Below, piece by piece: positions 39,754-47,835 of a DNA stretch of 64,000 nt. Made by a program: the position numbers and the translations under genes. The stretch is from Clostridia bacterium (GTDB taxonomy: Bacteria; Bacillota; Clostridia; UMGS1883; UMGS1540), in assembly GCA_045533905.1 (NCBI GenBank), contig JAZSIR010000013.1, positions 1 to 64,000 of the forward strand, read 5' to 3'. Every line of letters begins with the position of its first letter. Positions within the stretch are counted from its first letter, which is position 1. Under the pieces are notes generated by a model, which saw nothing but the letters and a program-made list of their open reading frames with translations, made no database searches and was not told the DNA's origin.

Positions 39754-39868
39754 ATCGTAGGTGGGCGATGCTTACATCGTCCCGTTTATAAGGTTTTAGG
39801 ATTATCCTAAATTATCGGAAGATGCGATACATCTTCCCTGCTCGTTAAAGTAGCGGACAAGAATTTTA

Positions 39869-39921
39869 TTGACAATTTCATACATTTATGATATCATAAT
39901 ACTATAATATTATGATATCAT
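39869..39921 (+). promoter_or_regulatory. R-M operon promoter with two palindromic operators
   Basis: TTGACA-N17-TATCAT; TTATGATATCAT at 39886 and 39910. Confidence 0.7.
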
Positions 39922-39936
39922 TATGGAGGCGAAAAA

Positions 39937-40116
39937 ATGAATAATTCAAAAACTCCAACATCAGAAAAAATAGGTATTCCTTTACGATTAGAACTGAAAT
40001 TGTATGAAAAAATGATAAATAGAGTTCAAAAAGAAAAAAAGAAACAACGGGGATACAGCATAAATCAACTTTTGACAGAACTTCTTGAAAAGGAACTAAA
40101 GGAGAATGAACTATGA
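39937..40116 (+). CDS. Small ribbon-helix-helix (Arc-like) regulator, 59 aa (not in the ORF track)
   Basis: MNNSKTPTSEKIGIPLRLELKLYEKMINRVQKEKKKQRGYSINQLLTELLEKELKENEL; GGAGG RBS; ATGA overlap with the next gene. Confidence 0.7.
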   Translation: MNNSKTPTSEKIGIPLRLELKLYEKMINRVQKEKKKQRGYSINQLLTELLEKELKENEL

Positions 40117-41930
40117 TAAGAGCAGATATAATTTCTACAATAGGAAGACAGTATTTAACAAGTAATATTGAAAATGATGAATATAGTTATCCTAAAGCTT
40201 TTTCAGCGGCAGCGTTGACATTTGTACCTATTACAAATGCAAATGGAAGAAAATTTGAAAAACTTGATATTCGTTTTGTGAAGGATGGAGTTACTGTTCT
40301 TGTGGAGACTAAACAGAATTTTGTAAAAACAGATGAAGAACAATTATCAGCCTATGTTGAGTATGAAAAAGCTCTCACTGGAAATAAAACCATTGCTATT
40401 TTAGCAAATACCACAAATGATAAAGTAAAGGTTTGGCGTGGAGTTGTTTCTGACGGCGATTTTATGTCAACGGAAACAGCATTTCGTACTATGGATGAAT
40501 ATGTTGATTTCTATACGTCAAAAATTAACGACAAAGAAAAGGTGATGCAGAATACATACAAGCTTAATGAAATGTTACATCGTCACAGCATCCCCGAAAA
40601 ACTTCGTAGTCAGTTTGTAGGCACGTGCTTATTAGCCTTGAAAAACGGTCTTGATTATTCCACTTCTTCGTTGTCTGCAGCACAAATTCGTACAAGAATA
40701 AAAGAGGTTTTGGAAGAACTGTTGAATTCTGATATTAATAAAGCCGAGAAACTCGCGCTGCTCAATCGTAATGTTTTGGGTGATCAGTATGTTCGTCAAC
40801 TTGGTATTGTAGCATTTAGAGAAATTTTAAAATTCATTGAAGAAAACATTCTTCCATTTATCAACGACAAAAGTACTTCCGGTCAGGATCTATTGAATTT
40901 ATTCTTCGTTACATTTAATAAGTATGTAGGTAAATCTGACAAAAATCAAGCATTTACACCAGATCACATTACTGATTTCATGTCGAAAATTACAGGAATT
41001 AACAAGCACTCCGTTGTTCTTGACCCCTGCTGTGGTAGTGGTTCGTTCCTTGTTCGTGCAATGAACCAAGCGCTTGATGACTGTGCTACCGCTTCTGAAC
41101 AGGAAAACATTAAAAAACATCAAATCTTCGGTATAGAATTTGACGAAAATGTGTATGGTTTAGCTACAACCAATATGCTTATTCACTCGGATGGGAACTC
41201 TAATATTCGTCAGGGAAGTTGTTTTACATTAGCAGATTGGATTAAAGATGCAAAACCAAATGTGATTTTGATGAATCCTCCATACAACGGTCAGCGTATT
41301 CATTTACCGCAATCTTATGTTTCAACTTGGCCTAAAGACAAGAAAGAAGATCCTTCAAAAGGAATGTATTTTGTTAAATTCATCGCTGATACATTAAACT
41401 CAATCAACCATCAAGCAAAATTAGCTGTCTTATTACCTGTTGCATGTGCAATTGGAACAAGTGGTGAAATTTCGAAAATAAAGAAGGAAATTCTTGAAGA
41501 AAACACCCTTGATGCTGTATTTACGCTTCCCAACGAAATTTTTTATCCTGGTGCAAGTGCTTCCGCTTGCTGTATGGTATTTAAGATTGGCACAAAGCAT
41601 AACGATGTTTCAAACCCCGACACTTTCTTTGGATATTACAAAGATGATGGATTCAAGAAAAAGAAAAACCTCGGTCGTGTTGAACAGATTGATATTACTA
41701 CCGGAAAGAGTAAGTGGGTTGAAATTGAGCATGAATGGATAGAATTATATCGCAACAGACGTGCTATTGATGGTTTATCTGCTACTTATAAAGTTACAGG
41801 AGAAAACGAATGGCTTTGCGAAGCATATATGAAAACCGACTATTCAAAATTAACAGAACAAGATTTTCAACAAACGATAAATGATTATCTTGCTTACCTC
41901 GTAAAGGAGGGACATATTTATGAACCTTAA
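40113..41930 (+). CDS. Fused endonuclease/N6-adenine methyltransferase (BcgI alpha-like, type IIB/IIG)
   Basis: N-terminal D...ETK (PD-(D/E)xK-like), FTPDHI, LDPCCGSGSFL (motif I) and MNPPY (motif IV). Confidence 0.85.
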   Translation: MIRADIISTIGRQYLTSNIENDEYSYPKAFSAAALTFVPITNANGRKFEKLDIRFVKDGVTVLVETKQNFVKTDEEQLSAYVEYEKALTGNKTIAILANTTNDKVKVWRGVVSDGDFMSTETAFRTMDEYVDFYTSKINDKEKVMQNTYKLNEMLHRHSIPEKLRSQFVGTCLLALKNGLDYSTSSLSAAQIRTRIKEVLEELLNSDINKAEKLALLNRNVLGDQYVRQLGIVAFREILKFIEENILPFINDKSTSGQDLLNLFFVTFNKYVGKSDKNQAFTPDHITDFMSKITGINKHSVVLDPCCGSGSFLVRAMNQALDDCATASEQENIKKHQIFGIEFDENVYGLATTNMLIHSDGNSNIRQGSCFTLADWIKDAKPNVILMNPPYNGQRIHLPQSYVSTWPKDKKEDPSKGMYFVKFIADTLNSINHQAKLAVLLPVACAIGTSGEISKIKKEILEENTLDAVFTLPNEIFYPGASASACCMVFKIGTKHNDVSNPDTFFGYYKDDGFKKKKNLGRVEQIDITTGKSKWVEIEHEWIELYRNRRAIDGLSATYKVTGENEWLCEAYMKTDYSKLTEQDFQQTINDYLAYLVKEGHIYEP

Positions 41931-42987
41931 TGTTGATTCTTGGAAAGAATTTCAACTAACAGATGTTTTTATTGTAAAAGGTGGATTCTATAATAAAAAG
42001 CCCGAACATTCAATTGATGGTCGTGTTCCTTTTCTTGCTTCAACTGAATCAAATAATGGTGTTACGGAATACTACTCTTTAGATGATATTAAATCTTGGA
42101 ATAAAGTAGGAAATGCAGACAACACGCTTGACAAAAAAATATACAAAGGTAATTGTATTGTTGTTACAGTTGACGGATCTGTTTGTAATGCTTTTTATCA
42201 AAAAGATGATTTTACTTGTAGTCATAGTGTTACTGCATTATATCCTATAGGTCACGAACTAACACCAACTCAAGCATTATTTGTTTGCACTGTAATTATG
42301 AAAGAAAAGTATCGTTGGAGTTATGGTCGAAAGCCACATGATGTTAAGAAATTTGGTAAATCCATTATAAAACTACCAATCACTAAAGATAGAAATGTTG
42401 ATTGGGATTTTATGGACAAATACATAAAATCGTTAAATCACAAACCATTGACAACGACTAATCAAGGCAACACAACCTCTACACTTGATGTTGATTTGTG
42501 GAAACCTTTTAAAGTGAAAGATATCTTTAATTTGTACAACGGAATAGGAATTACAAAAGAAGAAATTGAATGCAATCAAGGCGATTTTCCTGCTGTTCAA
42601 AGCGGCGAAGAAAATAATGGTTGCATAGGTAAAATCGATAAAGAATATTGCAAAAAAATGAGATATACATACACAGATGATCCATGTTTAACTGTAGCAA
42701 GGACGGGATCTGCAGGTTATGTTTCATACCAACCCACAGGCTGTGTTGTTGGTGATTCTGCAAAAATACTCACATTAAAAGACGCTCAACATAACAACCC
42801 TCATATCTTTCTTTTTCTTAGAACCATACTTATGGCTAACCAATATAAATATACATATGGTCGCAAAGTTACAGAAGATAAATATTTATCTGAAATAGTT
42901 ATGCTACCTGCAACAGAAGATAACAAACCTGATTTTAATTTTATGAAAAATTATATTAAATCTTTGCCATACGGAGATAAGATTTAA
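41920..42987 (+). CDS. Restriction specificity subunit with two TRDs (BcgI beta/HsdS-like)
   Basis: Internal duplication WKEF..DVF/WKPF..DIF, NNG, YRWSYGRK/YKYTYGRK and D..FM..YIKSL. Confidence 0.85.
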   Translation: MNLNVDSWKEFQLTDVFIVKGGFYNKKPEHSIDGRVPFLASTESNNGVTEYYSLDDIKSWNKVGNADNTLDKKIYKGNCIVVTVDGSVCNAFYQKDDFTCSHSVTALYPIGHELTPTQALFVCTVIMKEKYRWSYGRKPHDVKKFGKSIIKLPITKDRNVDWDFMDKYIKSLNHKPLTTTNQGNTTSTLDVDLWKPFKVKDIFNLYNGIGITKEEIECNQGDFPAVQSGEENNGCIGKIDKEYCKKMRYTYTDDPCLTVARTGSAGYVSYQPTGCVVGDSAKILTLKDAQHNNPHIFLFLRTILMANQYKYTYGRKVTEDKYLSEIVMLPATEDNKPDFNFMKNYIKSLPYGDKI

Positions 42988-43022
42988 AAAAGCAACCTCT
43001 CGATTTTTCGAGAGGTTGCTTT
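42988..43022 (+). terminator. R-M operon terminator abutting the right terminal repeat
   Basis: AAAAGCAACCTCTCGA / TCGAGAGGTTGCTTT. Confidence 0.85.
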
Positions 43023-43062
43023 ACTGTCCTTTAGAGTACACTCCATATGACAGCTCTTTTTT
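43021..43062. repeat. Right junction: terminal repeat (43021-43045) plus half-terminator (43046-43062)
   Basis: TTACTGTCCTTTAGAGTACACTCCA-TATGACAGCTCTTTTTT. Confidence 0.88.
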
Positions 43063-43150
43063 AGACTATCGAAAACCCCTTCTACCGCAAGAATTCTTTC
43101 ATAACCACTTCGATTATCCATTTTCTACCCGCAAAGAAGTATAAAAATTT

Positions 43151-43183
43151 AATGGCGGAGATTCATCGAGAATCTTCGCCATT
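43151..43183 (-). terminator. Terminator-like hairpin
   Basis: AATGGCGGAGATTC / GAATCTTCGCCATT. Confidence 0.6.
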
Positions 43184-43230
43184 TCTTGCTTTTTACGAAA
43201 TCGTTTTGCGATGTCTATTTGTATTTCTGA

Positions 43231-43758
43231 TTAATACGATTTACAGTTTCGTATAGCTCGGAATGCCGCATCCTCGCCTTCTTCAGCTAAGATGACGAGC
43301 CAGCTTTCGAGGAGTGCCGAGGTTTCGGGATGGATAGCGCGGTTTGCGATGCCGCGGCGGAAATAGGAGAGGGGATGCTCATTTGTGTACGCTGCCCCTT
43401 GGTAAATTTTGCTTGCCGCCACGCGGTCACAAAACATTTCTTTTACAAAGATAAGCGGCATTTTCACCGGCGTCATCACGCGCGTGATGCGGTCGTAATC
43501 CGTCCAGTATTCAAAGTGATGCCGGTTTCTGCCCTTGTGGTGAATCCAGGCCCTCGAGTACCCGTATTCCTCGCGTTCACCTTCATTCGGGCTTTTGGTG
43601 CCCTTGAAGTATTTTACACCGGCACAAAATTCCGCCGGATTGTATTTCGATAAATCGTGCAAAAGACCGCGCCATAAAATGCCCGCACGCGCGCAGTGGC
43701 GGATTACGGCGTGGCGATGCCGCGTGATAGTCGAATAATGTCCCCAGAAGTTACCCAT
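43231..43758 (-). CDS. DUF5662-family HD-like protein
   Basis: HDLSKY, HHKGRNRHHFEYW and EMFCDRVAASK. Confidence 0.85.
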   Translation of the reverse strand: MGNFWGHYSTITRHRHAVIRHCARAGILWRGLLHDLSKYNPAEFCAGVKYFKGTKSPNEGEREEYGYSRAWIHHKGRNRHHFEYWTDYDRITRVMTPVKMPLIFVKEMFCDRVAASKIYQGAAYTNEHPLSYFRRGIANRAIHPETSALLESWLVILAEEGEDAAFRAIRNCKSY

Positions 43759-43812
43759 AGAATACTCCTCATAAGAACACGCTTTTACGAACTCCTCGCA
43801 AAAGCGCGAAAA

Positions 43813-44112
43813 TTATTTCTGTTTTTCCAGCATATCGCGGTAGCCGCCGCTGCCGTATACAAGGCTGCGGTTGACACGGGAGATGGTCGCAGAAGAAGCG
43901 CCCACTTCCGTCATAATCTCGTTAAAGGTTTTTCCTTCATGCAAAAGTTTTGCCACGCTCCAACGCTGCGCCAGAGAGTGCAGCTCGGGTTTTGTGCATA
44001 AATCCTCTAAAAATTTTTCGCACTCTTCTTCGGTTTTCAAAGAAATCAGTACGCGGTATAAAGCGTCAAGCGTCTCGGGTTGTTTCAGCATTTTATCTTT
44101 CTGCCTTTCCAA
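43813..44112 (-). CDS. YerC/YecD TrpR-like protein
   Basis: FLEDLCT...QRW...GASSATISRVNRSL; start may be 44091. Confidence 0.88.
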   Translation of the reverse strand: MERQKDKMLKQPETLDALYRVLISLKTEEECEKFLEDLCTKPELHSLAQRWSVAKLLHEGKTFNEIMTEVGASSATISRVNRSLVYGSGGYRDMLEKQK

Positions 44113-44124
44113 ATATAGTTCGGT

Positions 44125-44745
44125 CTATTCCACACGCCCTTTTACAAAGATCACCTTTCCTAAAACGGAAAGAGTGTGGCCTTCCTCTTTGGGGTACACC
44201 ATATCAGCGTACGCTTCGTTTTCGGCCCGCAGGACGAGTTTTTCGGGGTAGTCATACACACGCTTTACCGTAGCCTCTCCATCCACAAGCACGACGGCAA
44301 TTTCGCCGTTTTCGACTTCGGGCGTGCGGCGGACATACACAAGGTCGCCATTATAAATGCGCGCACCCGTCATACTGTCGCCGCGGATGCGAAGGGCAAA
44401 ATCCACATGCTCGTCATCATCCACCACGATGTGCCCGTCATAGTTTTGCTCGGCCCAGATGGGAATGCCGGCCGCCACCTCGCCTAAAACCGGGATACTG
44501 CGCCCGGAAACAGAAGACGAAGGGGTTTTCGGCACATCTTCGCCCATAAGCCAGTTGGGGCTTATATGATAAAGACGGCAAATCATTTCCAGTGTAGGCG
44601 CTTTCGGCACATACTGGCCGTTGTTATAGCGCGAAACGGTGCTCGGCCGAAGGCCCAGATGCCCGGCAAGGGAATAGATGGTATCCCCGTTTTCCTTCAT
44701 GACTGTGCGAAGCCGTTCACCAAAAGCAACCTTATCGAATGCCAT
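44125..44745 (-). CDS. XRE-HTH plus S24 peptidase repressor (LexA/CI-like)
   Basis: N-terminal HTH, VAAG cleavage site, GDSM serine and ATVKR lysine. Confidence 0.88.
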   Translation of the reverse strand: MAFDKVAFGERLRTVMKENGDTIYSLAGHLGLRPSTVSRYNNGQYVPKAPTLEMICRLYHISPNWLMGEDVPKTPSSSVSGRSIPVLGEVAAGIPIWAEQNYDGHIVVDDDEHVDFALRIRGDSMTGARIYNGDLVYVRRTPEVENGEIAVVLVDGEATVKRVYDYPEKLVLRAENEAYADMVYPKEEGHTLSVLGKVIFVKGRVE

Positions 44746-44767
44746 ACCGATCATCCTTTCTTCTATC

Positions 44768-44796
44768 AGTATACACGATTTTGTTGCAAAATGCAA
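44768..44796 (-). promoter_or_regulatory. Repressor promoter with a palindrome over the -35
   Basis: TTGCAT-N17-TATACT; TTGCA-N3-TGCAA at 44784-44796. Confidence 0.6.
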
Positions 44797-44816
44797 GAAA
44801 AATATCTGTGGCCTTC

Positions 44817-45650
44817 TTACGCGTGCCGCGCACGGCGCAGCGCCGCAATTTCGCGCCCATAGCCTTCTATCTCATTCGGCGTTTCGAGATAGAAGGGGAG
44901 ATTGCAAAGGGCGGGGTGGTTAATAATACGCGTGATGGCGTCAAACCCGAGTGCACCTTCGCCGATTTTATGGTGCCGGTCTTTGTGGCTTGCAAAGGGG
45001 TTCATACTGTCATTTAGATGAATGGCGCGAAGCCGCGAAAGCCCGATTACGCGGTCAAATTCCGAAAGCACGCCGTCTAAATCATTCACAATATCGTAGC
45101 CGGCATCATGCACATGGCAGGTATCGAGACAAACGCCGATTTTGTCGGAAAGTGTAACGCCGTCAATAATCGCACGGATTTCCTCAAAACGGCCGCCTAC
45201 TTCCGAACCCTTTCCTGCCATCGTTTCGAGAAGGACCGTGGTGGTCTGCTCTTTCGTAAGTACACGGTTTAACGTATCCGTAATCTGCTCGATGCCGACT
45301 TCCATGCCTTGCCCTACGTGACTCCCCGGATGGAAATTGTAAAGATTCCCCGGAAGATACTCCATGCGCTCGAGGTCATCGCAGAATGTGCGGTACGCAA
45401 AGTCGCGGATTTTTTCGTCTTTGGAGCAGGCGTTTAGCGTGTAGGGCGCATGGGCGAGAAGCGGTCCGAAGTTATGTTCCTTCGAGAGGGCTACGAGCGC
45501 CGCCGCATCGGAAGGATCCATGGGCTTTGCCGCACCGCCGCGCGGGTTTCTTGTGAAAAACTGAAATACGTTTGCATCTATGGAAAGGGCGGCTTTTCCC
45601 ATGGCGAGAAAACCATTCGAAGCCGACAGGTGACAACCGATATGAAACAT
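44817..45650 (-). CDS. nfo: Endonuclease IV
   Basis: IGCHLS, HAPY, FHPGSH, LETMAG, HLNDS and KDRH. Confidence 0.95.
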   Translation of the reverse strand: MFHIGCHLSASNGFLAMGKAALSIDANVFQFFTRNPRGGAAKPMDPSDAAALVALSKEHNFGPLLAHAPYTLNACSKDEKIRDFAYRTFCDDLERMEYLPGNLYNFHPGSHVGQGMEVGIEQITDTLNRVLTKEQTTTVLLETMAGKGSEVGGRFEEIRAIIDGVTLSDKIGVCLDTCHVHDAGYDIVNDLDGVLSEFDRVIGLSRLRAIHLNDSMNPFASHKDRHHKIGEGALGFDAITRIINHPALCNLPFYLETPNEIEGYGREIAALRRARHA

Positions 45651-45829
45651 TTTCAAAAACCTCCTTTTTGGTATATGTACAGTATACTGGATTTCGCGGA
45701 AAAAAGAAAGAGGTTTCCTGAAAAATTTTGGAGTTTTTTCGAAGCGTACTCCTTTCAAAACCTTCGGAAAAGGTTGACAAGCCTGCGAAAAAAAGGTATA
45801 ATAAAAAGAAGAAAAAAATGAGGTGAAGT

Positions 45830-46309
45830 ATGGAAGCATTATTACAGGTTTTCCCGGCAGAATTACAGGTTATTTTAATGTCCATGATTCCCATTGTGGA
45901 ACTCCGTGGGGCTATTCCCTACGGCGCGTTACTTGGGCTTGATCCGGTTCGCACATTCTTGTGCGCTGTGCTGGGCAACTGTATTCCCGTGCCGCTCATT
46001 ATTTTCTTAGCCCGTCCCATCATCCGCTACCTGAAAAAAACGAGAATTCTCGGCTGGTTTGCACATTGGATGGAACGGAAAACCGAGAAAAACCGCGATA
46101 AAATCATGAAAAGAAGTGCACTTGGGCTTTTTCTGTTCGTAGCTATTCCGCTTCCCGGCACAGGCGCGTGGACCGGGGCGCTTTGCGCGGCACTTCTCGA
46201 TCTGCGCTATCGCTTTGCACTTCCCAGCATCATAGCAGGCGTATTTGGCGCAGGTTGCATTATGACATTTGGCACAGAAATTATAAAATGGATTATACAA
46301 CTGTTTTAA
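45830..46309 (+). CDS. Small multidrug export protein (COG2426)
   Basis: [10 protein letters not shown] and [14 protein letters not shown]. Confidence 0.88.
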   Translation: MEALLQVFPAELQVILMSMIPIVELRGAIPYGALLGLDPVRTFLCAVLGNCIPVPLIIFLARPIIRYLKKTRILGWFAHWMERKTEKNRDKIMKRSALGLFLFVAIPLPGTGAWTGALCAALLDLRYRFALPSIIAGVFGAGCIMTFGTEIIKWIIQLF

Positions 46310-46337
46310 CACAGTTTGCGAAAGAGAGGAATTTACT

Positions 46338-47504
46338 ATGAGACATTATTTTACATCGGAATCGGTAACAGAAGGGCATCCGGATAAACTGTGCGACCGT
46401 ATTTCGGATAGCATTTTAGATGAAATCGTGAAAAACGACCCCGCCGCGCGCGTTGCCTGCGAAGTTACGGCAACAACGGGCCTTGTGATGGTCATGGGCG
46501 AAATCACCACAAACTGCTATGTGGATATCGCCGATATTGCAAGAAAAACGATTCGCGAGATTGGGTATGACAAAACGGAATACGGATTCGATTCGGAAAC
46601 CTGTGCCGTTTTAAACTGCATTCGTGAACAGTCGCCCGATATTGCTATGGGTGTAGACCGCTCGTATGAAGCCAAAGCCGAAGGGCGCGAAGAGCACGGC
46701 GCCGGCGACCAGGGCCTTATGTTCGGCTATGCCTGCAACGAAACGGAAGAATTTATGCCGCTTCCCATTTCCCTTGCCCATGCACTCGCGAGAAAGCTTA
46801 CGGATGTGCGCAAGGAAGGTATACTTTCTTACCTTCGTCCCGATGGCAAGAGCCAGGTTACGGTAGAATACGACGGAGATAAGCCCGTGCGCGTGGAGGC
46901 TGTTGTCATTTCTTCGCAGCACGATCCGGATGTTCCGATTGAAACCCTTCGCAAAGAAATTTTAGAAGAGGTTGTACTTCCGATTATCCCGAAGGAACTT
47001 ATGGATGAAAATACAAAGGTATTTATAAACCCGACAGGACGTTTTGTAATCGGCGGCCCGCACGGGGATACAGGCCTTACCGGCAGAAAAATCATTGTCG
47101 ATACGTATGGCGGCTATGCCCGCCACGGCGGCGGTGCGCTCTCCGGCAAGGACGCTACGAAGGTAGATAGAACTGCGGCCTATATGATGCGCTACATCGC
47201 GAAAAACATCGTAGCAGCAGGCCTTGCCGATAAGTGCGAGCTGCAGGCAGCCTATGCCATTGGTGTGGCACGCCCTGTTTCCCTTCGCGTAGACACCTTC
47301 GGCACGGGCAAAATTTCGGAAGAAAGACTTGCCGCGATTGTGGACGAACTCTTTGACCTCCGTCCTGACGGTATGATTGAAACGCTCGGGCTTCTGCGCC
47401 CGATTTATGCGGCAACGGCCGCATACGGCCACTTCGGCAATGCGGAATATCCGTGGGAGAAGCTCGATATGGTGGAAGCACTCACGAAGGCCGCACGCGA
47501 CTAA
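46338..47504 (+). CDS. metK: S-adenosylmethionine synthetase
   Basis: [19 protein letters not shown] and [11 protein letters not shown]. Confidence 0.98.
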   Translation: MRHYFTSESVTEGHPDKLCDRISDSILDEIVKNDPAARVACEVTATTGLVMVMGEITTNCYVDIADIARKTIREIGYDKTEYGFDSETCAVLNCIREQSPDIAMGVDRSYEAKAEGREEHGAGDQGLMFGYACNETEEFMPLPISLAHALARKLTDVRKEGILSYLRPDGKSQVTVEYDGDKPVRVEAVVISSQHDPDVPIETLRKEILEEVVLPIIPKELMDENTKVFINPTGRFVIGGPHGDTGLTGRKIIVDTYGGYARHGGGALSGKDATKVDRTAAYMMRYIAKNIVAAGLADKCELQAAYAIGVARPVSLRVDTFGTGKISEERLAAIVDELFDLRPDGMIETLGLLRPIYAATAAYGHFGNAEYPWEKLDMVEALTKAARD

Positions 47505-47553
47505 ACACAAAAGAAGGCGCATCTGCATACTATAAAACCGGGAGGCGAGAGGT

Positions 47554-47826
47554 ATGCTGATGCAGTATATAATTCCGCTCATCATTTCGCTTTGCATAGC
47601 GGCTGTGGTGTACATTCTTCTGTACGCCGCAGGTAGACCCGCCGAGGGCGATGTGGAAATTATCATAGGCGGAGAAGAACAGACAGAAAGCGTGGAGAAC
47701 ACCGTGGCAATGGCGCGGTGGCTTTCCGAACGTTATTTTAAGGATGCCCGGATTTACATACGGGGCGGAGAAGAACGATATGTTTCGACTCTGTGCAGAA
47801 GGTACGGGGTGCGGAGAAAGGAATAG
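47554..47826 (+). CDS. Small hypothetical membrane protein
   Basis: GAGG RBS; one N-terminal TM helix; upstream CATACTA resembles a sporulation sigma -10. Confidence 0.6.
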   Translation: MLMQYIIPLIISLCIAAVVYILLYAAGRPAEGDVEIIIGGEEQTESVENTVAMARWLSERYFKDARIYIRGGEERYVSTLCRRYGVRRKE

Positions 47827-47835
47827 GCAAGGTTT

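Larger units (their letters stand above)
39692..43045. mobile_element. Transposase-less cassette bounded by inverted repeats and carrying a restriction-modification system
   Basis: Imperfect 25-bp inverted ends, AT-rich interior, flanks that form the two arms of one split hairpin. Confidence 0.75.

Noticed and set aside
40113-42987. Classical type I R-M or phase-variable hsdS shufflon
   Set aside because: No hsdR, no spare TRD cassettes and no invertase; the inverted repeats flank the whole operon rather than the TRDs.
43080-43138. Short imperfect direct repeat TTCTACC(C)GCAA(A)GAA
   Set aside because: Only two degenerate short copies, lying outside the cassette boundary; could be chance.
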